In this document: in pieces, positions 28,601 through 37,919 of the stretch
How the letters are laid out: every line of letters begins with the position of its first letter
Position numbering within the stretch: position 1 is the stretch's first letter
Source: a virus
Lineage: Duplodnaviria; Caudoviricetes
Direction: 5' to 3' (one strand)
Virus record (IMG/VR): IMGVR_UViG_3300045738_001741
Coordinates: 1 to 54,386 of that record
Length of the DNA stretch: 54,386 bases
Position numbers and translations under genes: made by a program
The notes under the pieces: generated by a model
What the model saw: the letters and a program-made list of their open reading frames with translations, nothing else
What the model was told of the DNA's origin: nothing
Database searches by the model: none

Positions 28601-30051
28601 AAAAAGCAGCCATAAAAATTCAGAATTGCTATTCTTGGTTGACCACAAATTGTGATGATATCATGCTAGACCTTTGGCGAGCACTTCGTCATCGAGAAAA
28701 AGGATATTTTCATAGCCGTTTGTATAAACAAAGATTGTGGGATGGCTATACTGAATTTTTCAAAAAAGAGAGCGGACGGTTTCTAACTGGGCTTTTGCCA
28801 GAAGTTACAGCGGCACTCGATCACTGGAAGGTGCCCTACAAGCTCCATGACGAGCGTGCTGAGTCAAAATTCCTCTACTCCCAGATAGGTGATGATTTTC
28901 TAGATCAATGGCTTCATCACTTGCCAAAAGAAGATCAGGATCGATGGGAAGGTTTGCGTGATTACCAAGTTGATTTAGCAAATCAGGTAATCAAATATAA
29001 ACGAGGGGTTGTCTTTGCACCAACTTCCGCTGGCAAAACGGCGATCATGGTGGCGATATTAAAGACGGTGCCTAAAAATATGCCCACCTTAATTCTCGCC
29101 AACAAGAAAAGTCTTTGTGACCAGAATTATGATGCGTTAAAATCGTGGGGTTTTGAAGATGTTGGTCGGCTGTATGACAAGTATAAAGACCCCAACATAT
29201 TTACATGTGCTACGGTTCAATCGCTACACAAGATAGAGACGCTTTTGCCTAAAATTCGTGTCATGATTGTAGATGAAATCCACGACATGATGTCCAAAGT
29301 ACCAAAGAAGTTCTATTTAAAGATGAAAGATTGCTCTGTGCGGGTTGCTGTTAGTGCGACTCCATTTAAGTTCGGTGGTAAAGACAAGACTCAAAAGTTT
29401 TCTGTGAAGGGTCATTTTGGCCCGGTACTAAAAACAAAATCTGCCGATAATGAGAAGGGTATTTTGACAACTAAAACACTTCAAGATCGAGGGATTTTAT
29501 CTGCTTGCAATTGTACTTTTTATCCAATTAATGAACCTCAAATTCCTTGGGATATTTATTTAGATGCAGTTACCAATGGCATTGCTGAAAGTTGGCACTT
29601 CCACGAAGTTGTCACCAATTTGGCCAAATCTCTCAAGGGACGAACGTTAATTCTTGTGGAAAGATTGGCTCATGGTGATGCGTTGGAAAACATGATTCCA
29701 GGTGCGATTTGGGTACGGGGTAAGGACAATCTAAAAACTAGAAAAGAAGTTATTTCCAAGTTGCAGCGGGCCAAGAAAGATACAGTAGCGATTGCCACGC
29801 AGGGTATATTCAATGCAGGCATTAATGTATTTGTCCACAATTTGATAAACGCCGCAGGTGGGCAGGCAGATCATCAGATCATTCAAAGGCTTGGCCGTGG
29901 TTTACGAACTGCCTCTGATAAGGAGATTCTAGAATACTACGATTTCGTCTTCGATATTAATGAATACCTTCTGGATCACTCTCGAAAAAGGATCAAAATC
30001 TTAGAGAAAGAGGGGCATTCTGTGACGGTTAAAGATGGGATTGACTTTTAG
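28597..30051 (+). CDS. UvsW-like SF2 DNA helicase
   Basis: WDG, LRDYQ, APTSAGKT, DEIH, SATP, QRLGRGLR; TTG start. Confidence 0.9.
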   Translation: MKKAAIKIQNCYSWLTTNCDDIMLDLWRALRHREKGYFHSRLYKQRLWDGYTEFFKKESGRFLTGLLPEVTAALDHWKVPYKLHDERAESKFLYSQIGDDFLDQWLHHLPKEDQDRWEGLRDYQVDLANQVIKYKRGVVFAPTSAGKTAIMVAILKTVPKNMPTLILANKKSLCDQNYDALKSWGFEDVGRLYDKYKDPNIFTCATVQSLHKIETLLPKIRVMIVDEIHDMMSKVPKKFYLKMKDCSVRVAVSATPFKFGGKDKTQKFSVKGHFGPVLKTKSADNEKGILTTKTLQDRGILSACNCTFYPINEPQIPWDIYLDAVTNGIAESWHFHEVVTNLAKSLKGRTLILVERLAHGDALENMIPGAIWVRGKDNLKTRKEVISKLQRAKKDTVAIATQGIFNAGINVFVHNLINAAGGQADHQIIQRLGRGLRTASDKEILEYYDFVFDINEYLLDHSRKRIKILEKEGHSVTVKDGIDF

Positions 30052-30069
30052 AATGAGTCATGATCCTGC

Positions 30070-30097
30070 TTTACAAGGATAAGAATCGTAGTATAAT
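30070..30097 (+). promoter_or_regulatory. phage promoter TTTACA-N16-TATAAT with AATCGTAG element
   Basis: same architecture recurs at 52697-52724 and 53018-53045. Confidence 0.7.
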
Positions 30098-30114
30098 TAT
30101 GATGGAGAAAAGAC

Positions 30115-30798
30115 ATGAAATTCAATGAATTCATTGACGGAAGAGATGACCCAATAAGGCGTTACGTCACTTGGTTGGCAGATCGATACGACGAAACCCT
30201 AGAAGAAGCGGCACGTCGCTCGCTGGGGCGGGTTATGAAATTGGTCAAAGAAGCCGTAGACCCACAGGCGTTGATAACAGCCTTCCGGGGGGATACACTT
30301 TTTGAGAACCGTAGGAAGAACAAGGAACTTGAAGCCGACATACGTGGCAATCATTGGGGATTCATTCCTGTTCTGGGTGGTTATATCGAAAAGGTCAAGG
30401 ATGATGAAGGAGAAGAAACTGGAGAACACAGACAAGTCGAAGATGAGGAATCTTTCTTCGTTGTTGGCAAGGGAGAAGGGCCAGAATTTCGCAATAAGGT
30501 TCTAGAATTGGTCGTCAAGTACGACCAAGAATCTGCGGCCATCAAATACCCAGGCGACAACAGAGGTTTCTTACTTGAGGCCAATGGCAATGAGTTTCCA
30601 TTGGGGGTATGGAGCCAGAATAAAATGGCCCAATACTACACCAAGATGAAGATGGGCGCAAAAGATCGGCAATTTGCATTTGAGCAGGAATCTGACGGGT
30701 CGGAATCTGACGGCCCACAGTTTGAATTCTTTGCAGCAGGCGATTCCAGTCGATCAACTCGGATGGCTGTTGATCGATTTGTAGAAACTGGAGAATGA
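30115..30798 (+). CDS. phage-type hypothetical protein (MKFNEF start)
   Basis: ITAFRG, GGYIE, EESFFV, YDQES. Confidence 0.75.
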   Translation: MKFNEFIDGRDDPIRRYVTWLADRYDETLEEAARRSLGRVMKLVKEAVDPQALITAFRGDTLFENRRKNKELEADIRGNHWGFIPVLGGYIEKVKDDEGEETGEHRQVEDEESFFVVGKGEGPEFRNKVLELVVKYDQESAAIKYPGDNRGFLLEANGNEFPLGVWSQNKMAQYYTKMKMGAKDRQFAFEQESDGSESDGPQFEFFAAGDSSRSTRMAVDRFVETGE

Positions 30799-30806
30799 TT
30801 CTAGAG

Positions 30807-30888
30807 TGCCCTTGAGAGGACTCGAACCTCCACGCCTCTCGGCACAGGTTCCTAAAACCTGCGTGTCTGCCAATTCCACCACAAGGGC
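30807..30888 (-). tRNA. tRNA-Leu(TAG)
   Basis: GCCCTTG/CAAGGGC acceptor stem, D-loop TGGCAGA, anticodon loop TTTAGGA, long variable arm, GGTTCGAGTCC T-arm; CCA not encoded. Confidence 0.95.
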
Positions 30889-30963
30889 ATTTGAGTGAGT
30901 AAGCCATGCGTGTCTTGGGTTTCAATGATTTAGTGGGCCTCACTCAATCTCTAGAATGTAAGC

Positions 30964-31347
30964 TTATCCTTCTCCACCCATGTCCAATCGGAATGGATTT
31001 TCTGGGTCATGGTGAGCCATCAATTCGTCATCGATTCCTTCTTGGAAATGTATCTTAGAATCGGATACCATTTCTTTTAGATTTTCCAATCTGCAAATAT
31101 TCAAACAAATCATACATCCGTGGATGTATCCAATCCATCGCATTATTTTTGTGGTCGGCCAATTTGTGCTGTCTTCACATCTCTGTATCATGTAAAGAAG
31201 ACGACTTGGCAGAGCTTCATCGGGCACATTGAGTTCACTTTCTTTTATTTTGAAAGTTTTCATCCAATGAAGTATAGATTCTTTTGATAAGTGCAGAATC
31301 TCTCTTGCGAGTAATTCCGTATGATCCATGTAAACCTCCTTTAACAT
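30964..31347 (-). CDS. hypothetical protein
   Basis: KIMRWIGYIHG; true start may be MDHTE after AAGGAGG. Confidence 0.7.
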   Translation of the reverse strand: MLKEVYMDHTELLAREILHLSKESILHWMKTFKIKESELNVPDEALPSRLLYMIQRCEDSTNWPTTKIMRWIGYIHGCMICLNICRLENLKEMVSDSKIHFQEGIDDELMAHHDPENPFRLDMGGEG

Positions 31348-31382
31348 GGGTAGTCTTTACTTTCGACTTACCCTAAAATTCT

Positions 31383-31859
31383 TTACTTACCATAGTCCGC
31401 TGATTCTATTTGTATGAATAGTCTTTGTGGCGGTACTTCGTAGTGCGTTCTCAAGTCAGGGCATAGCCACGCTTGTTGTCCTGATAGCAACTGAAATGCA
31501 CACGGTTCTCCAAATGGGATTACGTTGTATATGTCTCCAGTATATCTTTGCTCAACCCACTGGAATTCTACATCCGCTTCTGGGAAAGGCTCCTCTGAGA
31601 AGAAAAGTAGAAATCCCTTTTCGGGTTCTGATATTTCTTTTTGTCTGGCTGCTTCCGATATCAAGCGGTCTGCACCTATGACAATGGGTGATAGGCCCAT
31701 TGATACAGAACCAGCCGGTGCGAAATTGCGTCGGTTACCTGCATCGTCATCCCAGACCCAAGCGCCATTGTGTTTATATGGCTTAATGAATGACAAACCG
31801 CCGACAGTTGTTTCAAATTCAAAATCGTTTTGTGGTTTTTCTTGTTCAAATAACGACAC
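31383..31859 (-). CDS. DUF6717-like protein
   Basis: IKPYKHNGAWVWDD, GAD, FS..PFP, WLCP. Confidence 0.6.
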   Translation of the reverse strand: MSLFEQEKPQNDFEFETTVGGLSFIKPYKHNGAWVWDDDAGNRRNFAPAGSVSMGLSPIVIGADRLISEAARQKEISEPEKGFLLFFSEEPFPEADVEFQWVEQRYTGDIYNVIPFGEPCAFQLLSGQQAWLCPDLRTHYEVPPQRLFIQIESADYGK

Positions 31860-31870
31860 GATTTTGACCT

Positions 31871-32167
31871 TTATGTTCTTTTAATTTTAACAGAATCAAC
31901 CGTGATTCGTTTTCCTATTTCTAAGATTGGACGAGGCAACTCGATTGAAGCACGTTTGTTGTTTTCGCCCATGTACTTAACCATTAGTAATGCCTTTGGT
32001 GGGGCATGATCGGCAGTGTTAAGCATGGTCTTGGGGACTAAGATTTGATAATTAGTTGTAATTTCTTCATCTCTACTGCTATTTGGATCGTGGAGGTTGA
32101 TCTGTATCTTACACTCTGATTCGAATTCTTCGATGAGTTCTACTAAAAGCCAAGCTTGTTCGTTCAT
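31871..32167 (-). CDS. hypothetical protein
   Basis: 98 aa ORF. Confidence 0.65.
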   Translation of the reverse strand: MNEQAWLLVELIEEFESECKIQINLHDPNSSRDEEITTNYQILVPKTMLNTADHAPPKALLMVKYMGENNKRASIELPRPILEIGKRITVDSVKIKRT

Positions 32168-32222
32168 TTATATTTATCCCTTCTATTTGTGTGGTAATTA
32201 AATAGAGTAGATTTTATACAAT

Positions 32223-32447
32223 TTACTCATCATCGATTTTACTGTATTTCATAGCTCCTTGCACTAGTAGTTCAAGGGCTTTTTCATAACCTGCTCCACT
32301 CTGCTTGGCCACCACATCCATTAATCGCTCACAGGCTCCCATCCAGCACTCAAATGGTGGGTTATCGTGGTTGATAATGACTTTAATTTTGTCAGACTGA
32401 TCGTCTTTAGAAATTTTTATTGTGAATTCACTGAATGTTTTCGTCAT
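32223..32447 (-). CDS. hypothetical protein
   Basis: 74 aa ORF; GGAG SD. Confidence 0.6.
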   Translation of the reverse strand: MTKTFSEFTIKISKDDQSDKIKVIINHDNPPFECWMGACERLMDVVAKQSGAGYEKALELLVQGAMKYSKIDDE

Positions 32448-32503
32448 TCTCCACGTCTTCCTTGTAGGGAGAAAAAACTTTCAATTCACGCTCGTTGGAA
32501 GGT

Positions 32504-33061
32504 TCAAGGGGCCATTAGCGGACAATTTGTTACTTCTCGAATAGCATTTTCCATTTTCCTCAAGCTATTCCGAGCAGAAATAGCTGATATGCGACGAATA
32601 AAAAATGATTCATTTTGCAGTGTAATCCATACTTTGGTTCGTATATGTGTTTTATTCCCCATTTTGGAGATTATAAGTTCTGATGAGAAAGTTTTGAATC
32701 TATCATTTCTGCCACTTAATTGGCTAATGACTTTCAACGTTTTTGTCGTGATTAAAACATTCTCTTTTGTACGTACTTCACGTTTTCTGACTAGGATTGT
32801 TTTATCACTTAAATAGTGCATTTCTAATTCTACTACTCCGTCTTTATTGATTTTTAGTTTTTGAGTAGAAGACCTTAATTTGCTCTTTATAACTGTGGTT
32901 CCACTGGCTTTAGAAATTTTTTTTCGATTAGCCATGAAGTCTGATATGACTTTAAAAAATGGCTTATCGAGCGTGAATTCTATTTCTGCGACAGGAGGTT
33001 TGTTTGCGTATGCTCCTGGCGATCCTACAATGATCGCTAGGGCGAATAATAAACTCCTCAT
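32504..33061 (-). CDS. secreted hypothetical protein
   Basis: signal peptide MRSLLFALAIIVGSPGAYA. Confidence 0.7.
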   Translation of the reverse strand: MRSLLFALAIIVGSPGAYANKPPVAEIEFTLDKPFFKVISDFMANRKKISKASGTTVIKSKLRSSTQKLKINKDGVVELEMHYLSDKTILVRKREVRTKENVLITTKTLKVISQLSGRNDRFKTFSSELIISKMGNKTHIRTKVWITLQNESFFIRRISAISARNSLRKMENAIREVTNCPLMAP

Positions 33062-33208
33062 ATTTTTTCACCTATATGGGCTGTAAGATTAGACACAATT
33101 GATGTGTATCAGATGTATCTAGGCCCAATTGGCGATTTTGAAAATATGTTTATCGAAAGAGTTGTTCAATGATAATCTTATCACATATCAGTTGTGTTTG
33201 TAAAGCCC

Positions 33209-33802
33209 TTAATGATTTTTGGAATCTGCTAATTCGTCGATTCGCAATTCCTCAATTGTTACCAATGGCGTCCACGGCACTCCTCGTTGGGCCAAGAGTG
33301 TCTCGGCACCTTCTTGACGATCCACTATTGTGATTGCCTTAATCACCTCGCAACCAAAGTCGGTAATGACATTGAAAGCATCAGCTAATGTTTGTCCACT
33401 TGATGCTACGTCATCCACTAAAATTACCTTATCTCCAGGTCGCACAGGACCAATAATTAAACCACTTTTGCCGTGGGGTTTTTCTTGTTTTCTAATGAGG
33501 AATCCTCGAACTCCATTTTGCACACGACCCTGATTATAACAGAATGCACCAACAATGGGATCGGCACCAATTGATGGGCCACCAATTGCATCGAATTCAG
33601 TACGAAACACACGTCCTACGTTCTCAACGTACAATACTCGCCACATGGATTTTATGATTTCAAAAAGTCCTTCGGATGATAGTGTGAGTTTTCGGCAATC
33701 CAAATAGTAATTGGATTTTTGGCCACTCTTAAGTGTGAAATCACCAAATTCTAATGCATGAGTAGTGATAGCCTTGATTAAGCTTTTTTTATCATCTGTC
33801 AT
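33209..33802 (-). CDS. pyrE: orotate phosphoribosyltransferase
   Basis: GDFTLKSGQKSNYYLDCR, IRKQEKPHG, LVDDVASSG, VDRQEG; ATG 33802 preferred. Confidence 0.94.
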   Translation of the reverse strand: MTDDKKSLIKAITTHALEFGDFTLKSGQKSNYYLDCRKLTLSSEGLFEIIKSMWRVLYVENVGRVFRTEFDAIGGPSIGADPIVGAFCYNQGRVQNGVRGFLIRKQEKPHGKSGLIIGPVRPGDKVILVDDVASSGQTLADAFNVITDFGCEVIKAITIVDRQEGAETLLAQRGVPWTPLVTIEELRIDELADSKNH

Positions 33803-34031
33803 ATTTTTCACATGCCCGCATAGCGGGGCCTTTCTTTCTATGCCGACTGATGATCGATTCCTGACCATCCTTCAAACTAATGGCGTAATACGTATCTGGT
33901 ATGCCGTTAGGCCCTCTACCATATCTTATTTGGGAAAAAATAACTTTGTATCTTCCACACTTCGTTTCCCAAATTCTCCTATCAGAAACAATTGTCACAT
34001 CGGTTTTGCATCTTTTTTTCCACTCTAGCAT
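33792..34031 (-). CDS. hypothetical protein
   Basis: 79 aa ORF overlapping the pyrE start. Confidence 0.6.
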   Translation of the reverse strand: MLEWKKRCKTDVTIVSDRRIWETKCGRYKVIFSQIRYGRGPNGIPDTYYAISLKDGQESIISRHRKKGPAMRACEKYDR

Positions 34032-34104
34032 ACAACAGCCCTAATTCATAATATCAATTTTGAGCAATAAAATCAAAAGAAATTAGTTTGATCGTATATA
34101 TTTC

Positions 34105-34467
34105 ATGGACTTCAGAGAATGGTTGCTTCAAGAAATGGCTCATATCAAAGCCCCAGAAGGGCTTGAGATAGATGGTAAAACCGTTGACATGATTGATATG
34201 CATTTTGAGCATTATCCTTCTGAGATGAAAGATATACTTGGTTTCCGAAGCGCACCATTTGTCGCATTGGTTCCTGGATCAAAAGATTTATTCATGATAT
34301 GGAACGGCGAAAAGGCTACTTTGCGTCAAGGTAGTTTTCCACTTCACAATGTTCATCTTCCTGATGATTGGTGGGAATATGCCGAAGTGGTGTTTGAAGA
34401 TGGCTCCCATAAAGCATCATCTAAATCTATGGATGCCGTATTGGGAGTAGCACCCGCTTACAAGTAA
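34105..34467 (+). CDS. hypothetical protein (MDFREWLLQE start)
   Basis: 120 aa ORF. Confidence 0.75.
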   Translation: MDFREWLLQEMAHIKAPEGLEIDGKTVDMIDMHFEHYPSEMKDILGFRSAPFVALVPGSKDLFMIWNGEKATLRQGSFPLHNVHLPDDWWEYAEVVFEDGSHKASSKSMDAVLGVAPAYK

Positions 34468-34529
34468 AGCAAATCTGCATGATGCAGATATAGATAATAT
34501 AGACACAAAACATCAAGGAGGATGATATC

Positions 34530-34694
34530 ATGGATGCACTTAGATTAATTTGTTCTATATTTATTCCACCGTTAGGCGTGTTTATGCAAGTAGGCTTCGG
34601 TCTACATTTTTGGATGAACATTCTGCTAACTTTGATGGGATATGTCCCAGGCGTAATTCACGCTGCATATATAATACTTAGAGAAGATGACTAA
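34530..34694 (+). CDS. YqaE/Pmp3-family small membrane protein (absent from ORF track)
   Basis: MDALRLICSIFIPPLGVFMQVGFGLHFWMNILLTLMGYVPGVIHAAYIILREDD; AAGGAGG SD. Confidence 0.92.
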   Translation: MDALRLICSIFIPPLGVFMQVGFGLHFWMNILLTLMGYVPGVIHAAYIILREDD

Positions 34695-34699
34695 CCAAT

Positions 34700-34731
34700 A
34701 AAAGCCCCGCCTATGTGGACGGGGCTTTCTT
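34700..34731. terminator. bidirectional intrinsic terminator
   Basis: aaagccccg-cctatgtgga-cggggcttt between convergent genes. Confidence 0.75.
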
Positions 34732-34775
34732 CATGGAAATAAGAAATGGGTGATAAAATTAGTAAGCTAAGGTTT

Positions 34776-35246
34776 TTATTTAGGAGGCGGTGGTAATTTT
34801 GGATTTTCTGGAACTACTAGAATTTCTGGTGGTTTCTTTTGTGGGATTTTGTCTGGTACTACCCCAACCGGCCAGTTACTTGATCGATCCGGTTTAGGCG
34901 TGCCTGGATCGCTCCATGATGTGGCGAACTGATCGATGGCGGCATGATAGCCATCGGCATAATTAGCCGAGCGATATAGCGTCGTGGCCGCTGCATAGCC
35001 ATCTGTATAAGTGCCTTTGGCTTCACCACCCATACGAATTAGAGCGTCACGATAACCTTCCTCATAGGTTTGGGCGGTCGATGCCGTGTGTTCCATTTGT
35101 CGCACTTCTCCTGCCAGCACCCGACACTCGGCTTCAGAGAGTACATTCTTCAGTTTTAGTTCTTGATTGTAATTGACATTTATAAATGCCCCAACGACAT
35201 TGGCCAAAGTCAATATCCCAATCCCAATCCATGCAACATTCTTCAT
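34776..35246 (-). CDS. membrane-anchored hypothetical protein
   Basis: N-terminal TM, repeated Y.(E/D)GY motifs, Pro-rich tail; TTGACG-N17-TACAAT promoter at 35319-35291. Confidence 0.75.
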   Translation of the reverse strand: MKNVAWIGIGILTLANVVGAFINVNYNQELKLKNVLSEAECRVLAGEVRQMEHTASTAQTYEEGYRDALIRMGGEAKGTYTDGYAAATTLYRSANYADGYHAAIDQFATSWSDPGTPKPDRSSNWPVGVVPDKIPQKKPPEILVVPENPKLPPPPK

Positions 35247-35392
35247 CTTATGCTCCTTCGAGAATCAACTCTGTATCCTGTAAGTTTTAAATTGTACTGT
35301 TGACTTTGGCAATCGTCAAGCACTTGAGAAATTTACTTGTTTTTTCTGTATATAAAGGCTGGTGGATATTTCAAATAAAAAAGGCAAGGTCA

Positions 35393-35659
35393 ATGGATAT
35401 AAGATACTACCCTAACGATCCAGCATTTGACGATCCCAGTAATGTCTATGCTGAACACGGCACTATTGGATATGCTGGTAGAGGGTGGTATTATTTCGTT
35501 CACAGCCATTTATATGGCCCGTTTGATAGTGAAGAAGCAGCAATCCTTGGAAAAGAAGAACAGCGACTTCGTGATGAGGGTGAGGGCTTACCGTTTTTGT
35601 GTTGGGCGCAAAGAAAACCCCCGGCCATTGCAGCCGGGGGGTTTCTACCACTGGTTTAA
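35393..35659 (+). CDS. hypothetical protein
   Basis: ATG 35393; GWYY..YGPFDSEEAA; 3' end runs through a terminator-like hairpin at ~35614-35645. Confidence 0.6.
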   Translation: MDIRYYPNDPAFDDPSNVYAEHGTIGYAGRGWYYFVHSHLYGPFDSEEAAILGKEEQRLRDEGEGLPFLCWAQRKPPAIAAGGFLPLV

Positions 35660-35665
35660 TCTCTA

Positions 35666-35788
35666 GGCGGGAAACGAGTATGTAGTTTTTACTCGTTTTG
35701 AGGTGTTGGGGCATTGACACCCTCAACGGCGGGAAACGAGTATGTAGTTTTACTCGTTTTGAGGTGTTGGGGCATTGACGCCCTCAAC
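35666..35788. repeat. tandem duplication of a ~61-62 nt two-hairpin unit
   Basis: 35666-35727 and 35728-35788 differ by one T indel and one substitution. Confidence 0.95.
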
Positions 35789-36100
35789 GGTGGGGTTGGT
35801 TCGTCTGAATCTGATGCGGGCAACACGACGAACTGCATTTGGGATCGCACGTAAAATATTCCGAACGGGATGTCTCTTGCGATTACGAACGGCACTCGCC
35901 CCTTTGCGAATTACGCTTACTCCACCACGCAGTACATTCGCTCCCCGACGCAGAATGTTTCTGACTGGCCTGTTGCGAATTACATTCGCTCCTGCACGCA
36001 AGACGTTCCGAACGGGCTGGCGATCAAGGTGAGCATACTGCACATCGATTTCGCCAGCGCCCGGTAGTGCAGATGCGATCAATAAAATGGCTGCGTTCAT
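35750..36100 (-). CDS. Arg-rich secreted protein with R.PVRN(V/I)LR repeats
   Basis: signal peptide, AAGGAG SD, TTGACA-N16-TACAAT promoter at 36195-36168. Confidence 0.75.
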   Translation of the reverse strand: MNAAILLIASALPGAGEIDVQYAHLDRQPVRNVLRAGANVIRNRPVRNILRRGANVLRGGVSVIRKGASAVRNRKRHPVRNILRAIPNAVRRVARIRFRRTNPTVEGVNAPTPQNE

Positions 36101-36374
36101 GTTTACTCCTTTTGTAAAAGTTGCAGCTTTTCTCTGTGTTCTTGGAGTCCAACTCCATGATTAAACAATTGTAGCCAAACTCTCAATCTTGTCAACCACA
36201 GTTTTAAGTAACAAATATTTGGATATATGGGCAGCATAGGGGGTTAGAAAATTACTATGGGCGTTCAGATTTTGGCGGGAAAATATGTTTTTTGTGCGAC
36301 TATTTTGTTTTTCGCATTGCAGTTTTGAGTCTACTTATGTCCTTTTTTCATGACAAGACTATATATTTAATGAC

Positions 36375-36803
36375 ATGATAAGTTTTAGCAATTTCGTCGA
36401 TCTATATGAACAAGCACCGCCACCACTACCTCCACCACCTGCTGGAGGAGCGCCACCGATGCCGCCAATGGGAGGCCCACCGATGGGAGGTCCACCGATG
36501 CCGCCGATGGGAGGAGCACCACCAATGGGAATGGGAGGCGCACCTGGCGCACCTGGCGCTCCTGGAGGATCGCAACCTCTAACGCAACTAAAAGTTACAT
36601 CTGTGTGGGATGTTATGGAAAAGCTTTTAGATGGCGAACCTATCGAAGATGAAAAACAAGCGGATAAGGCTGGACAGGATCAATCTAATATGGTAGCTTC
36701 TGATCAACCTCAACCGCCGCCTGCACAGGCGCTACCGGGAATGGCCCCCTCTGGCCAAATACCACCGGGACAGTCGCCCCTTTTGGGCGCACCGGGTTTC
36801 TAG
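36375..36803 (+). CDS. Pro/Gly/Met-rich low-complexity protein (MISFSNF start)
   Basis: PPMGG repeats. Confidence 0.75.
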   Translation: MISFSNFVDLYEQAPPPLPPPPAGGAPPMPPMGGPPMGGPPMPPMGGAPPMGMGGAPGAPGAPGGSQPLTQLKVTSVWDVMEKLLDGEPIEDEKQADKAGQDQSNMVASDQPQPPPAQALPGMAPSGQIPPGQSPLLGAPGF

Positions 36804-36845
36804 AGTTTTCCCGTAGCTATTATTTTCAACCACCGAGAGGGCGGT

Positions 36846-37904
36846 ATGTCGAAGGTACTTCTTTTTAGTGATTTGCACATCCACCCACACAAACGAAGAA
36901 CTGAAAGATTAGATGATTGTCTTGAAGTATTAGAGTGGGTTTTCGATACGGCAAAATCACGTAATATAGATCATATAATCTTTGCTGGCGATCTGTTTCA
37001 TGATCGGCAGAAGATTGATGTGCTAACTTATCAACGTACATTCGAGATATTCCAAAAGAAACTTGCTAGTAAAATATGGATTCTTTTAGGTAATCATGAT
37101 CTCTGGCATCTCAAGAAACTAGATGTCTCAAGCGTGTTTCCGCTAACCGCTATTCCTGGCGTAACGGTTGTTGCTCAACCTAGCACACTTGATATAGCTG
37201 AGCATCCCATCAGTTTTTTACCTTACACTCATGATCCCATTACAGATTTGGCAAAGATTAAAAATGAGTGCTCAACTAAAATTCTCATTGGGCACATTGC
37301 TATCGATAACGCTGTATGGAACCGTATGCATGGAATACGTTCAGAAGTTTCTATAGAGCATGATGGGGAAATGACAAAGGTGGGCACAGATATTTTCAAA
37401 GATTGGGGTCAGGTTTATCTTGGGCATTATCATGCTGAGCAAAAATTAGATCATAACGTTGAATACATTGGATCGCCTTTGCAATTGAGTTTTGGAGAAG
37501 CTTTTCAACACAAACACATAATTATACTTGATCTAGAAACTTATGATAAAGAATACATCCGAAACACATTTAGTCCTCAACATTTTATAATTCCTGAAGC
37601 TGATCTGGGGAAATACAAATTAGAAAACAACTTTATTCGTGTGATAGTGGACGATATTGCTGACTCTAAAACCATAGACATGCGGAATGACATTACTCAA
37701 AATAATAACGTTGGCAGTTTAGAAATTAAGCAGGTAGAAAAAAAGCAAGAAGAGTGTTTAATCGAGAATGCTAAGGCTATTTTGTTTGAAGAATCTAAAA
37801 TGCTTGGAAGGTATGTTGAAGAAATTGAAAAACATACTGGATTACAAGACCTAAACAAGGAACACTTGTTAGAAATTGGAAAAATGATTGCAGATGAAAG
37901 TTAA
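36846..37904 (+). CDS. SbcD/Mre11/gp47-like nuclease
   Basis: SDLH, AGDLFH, GNHD, GHYH, YIGSPLQ. Confidence 0.92.
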   Translation: MSKVLLFSDLHIHPHKRRTERLDDCLEVLEWVFDTAKSRNIDHIIFAGDLFHDRQKIDVLTYQRTFEIFQKKLASKIWILLGNHDLWHLKKLDVSSVFPLTAIPGVTVVAQPSTLDIAEHPISFLPYTHDPITDLAKIKNECSTKILIGHIAIDNAVWNRMHGIRSEVSIEHDGEMTKVGTDIFKDWGQVYLGHYHAEQKLDHNVEYIGSPLQLSFGEAFQHKHIIILDLETYDKEYIRNTFSPQHFIIPEADLGKYKLENNFIRVIVDDIADSKTIDMRNDITQNNNVGSLEIKQVEKKQEECLIENAKAILFEESKMLGRYVEEIEKHTGLQDLNKEHLLEIGKMIADES

Positions 37905-37919
37905 AGACGGTAAGAAGTT

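Noticed and set aside
30807-30888. Amber suppressor tRNA or stop-codon recoding
   Set aside because: The anticodon on the coding (minus) strand is TAG (Leu), not CTA. Known genes are full length under code 11 and end in TAA, TAG and TGA.
30542-30943. 133 aa minus-strand ORF
   Set aside because: Spans the tRNA and is antisense to a better gene; shadow ORF
35666-35788. CRISPR array
   Set aside because: Two abutting 61-62 nt copies with no spacer; no cas genes in the window
36420-36570. Functional DNA repeat in GC-rich tract
   Set aside because: Explained by PPMGG/GAP low-complexity coding
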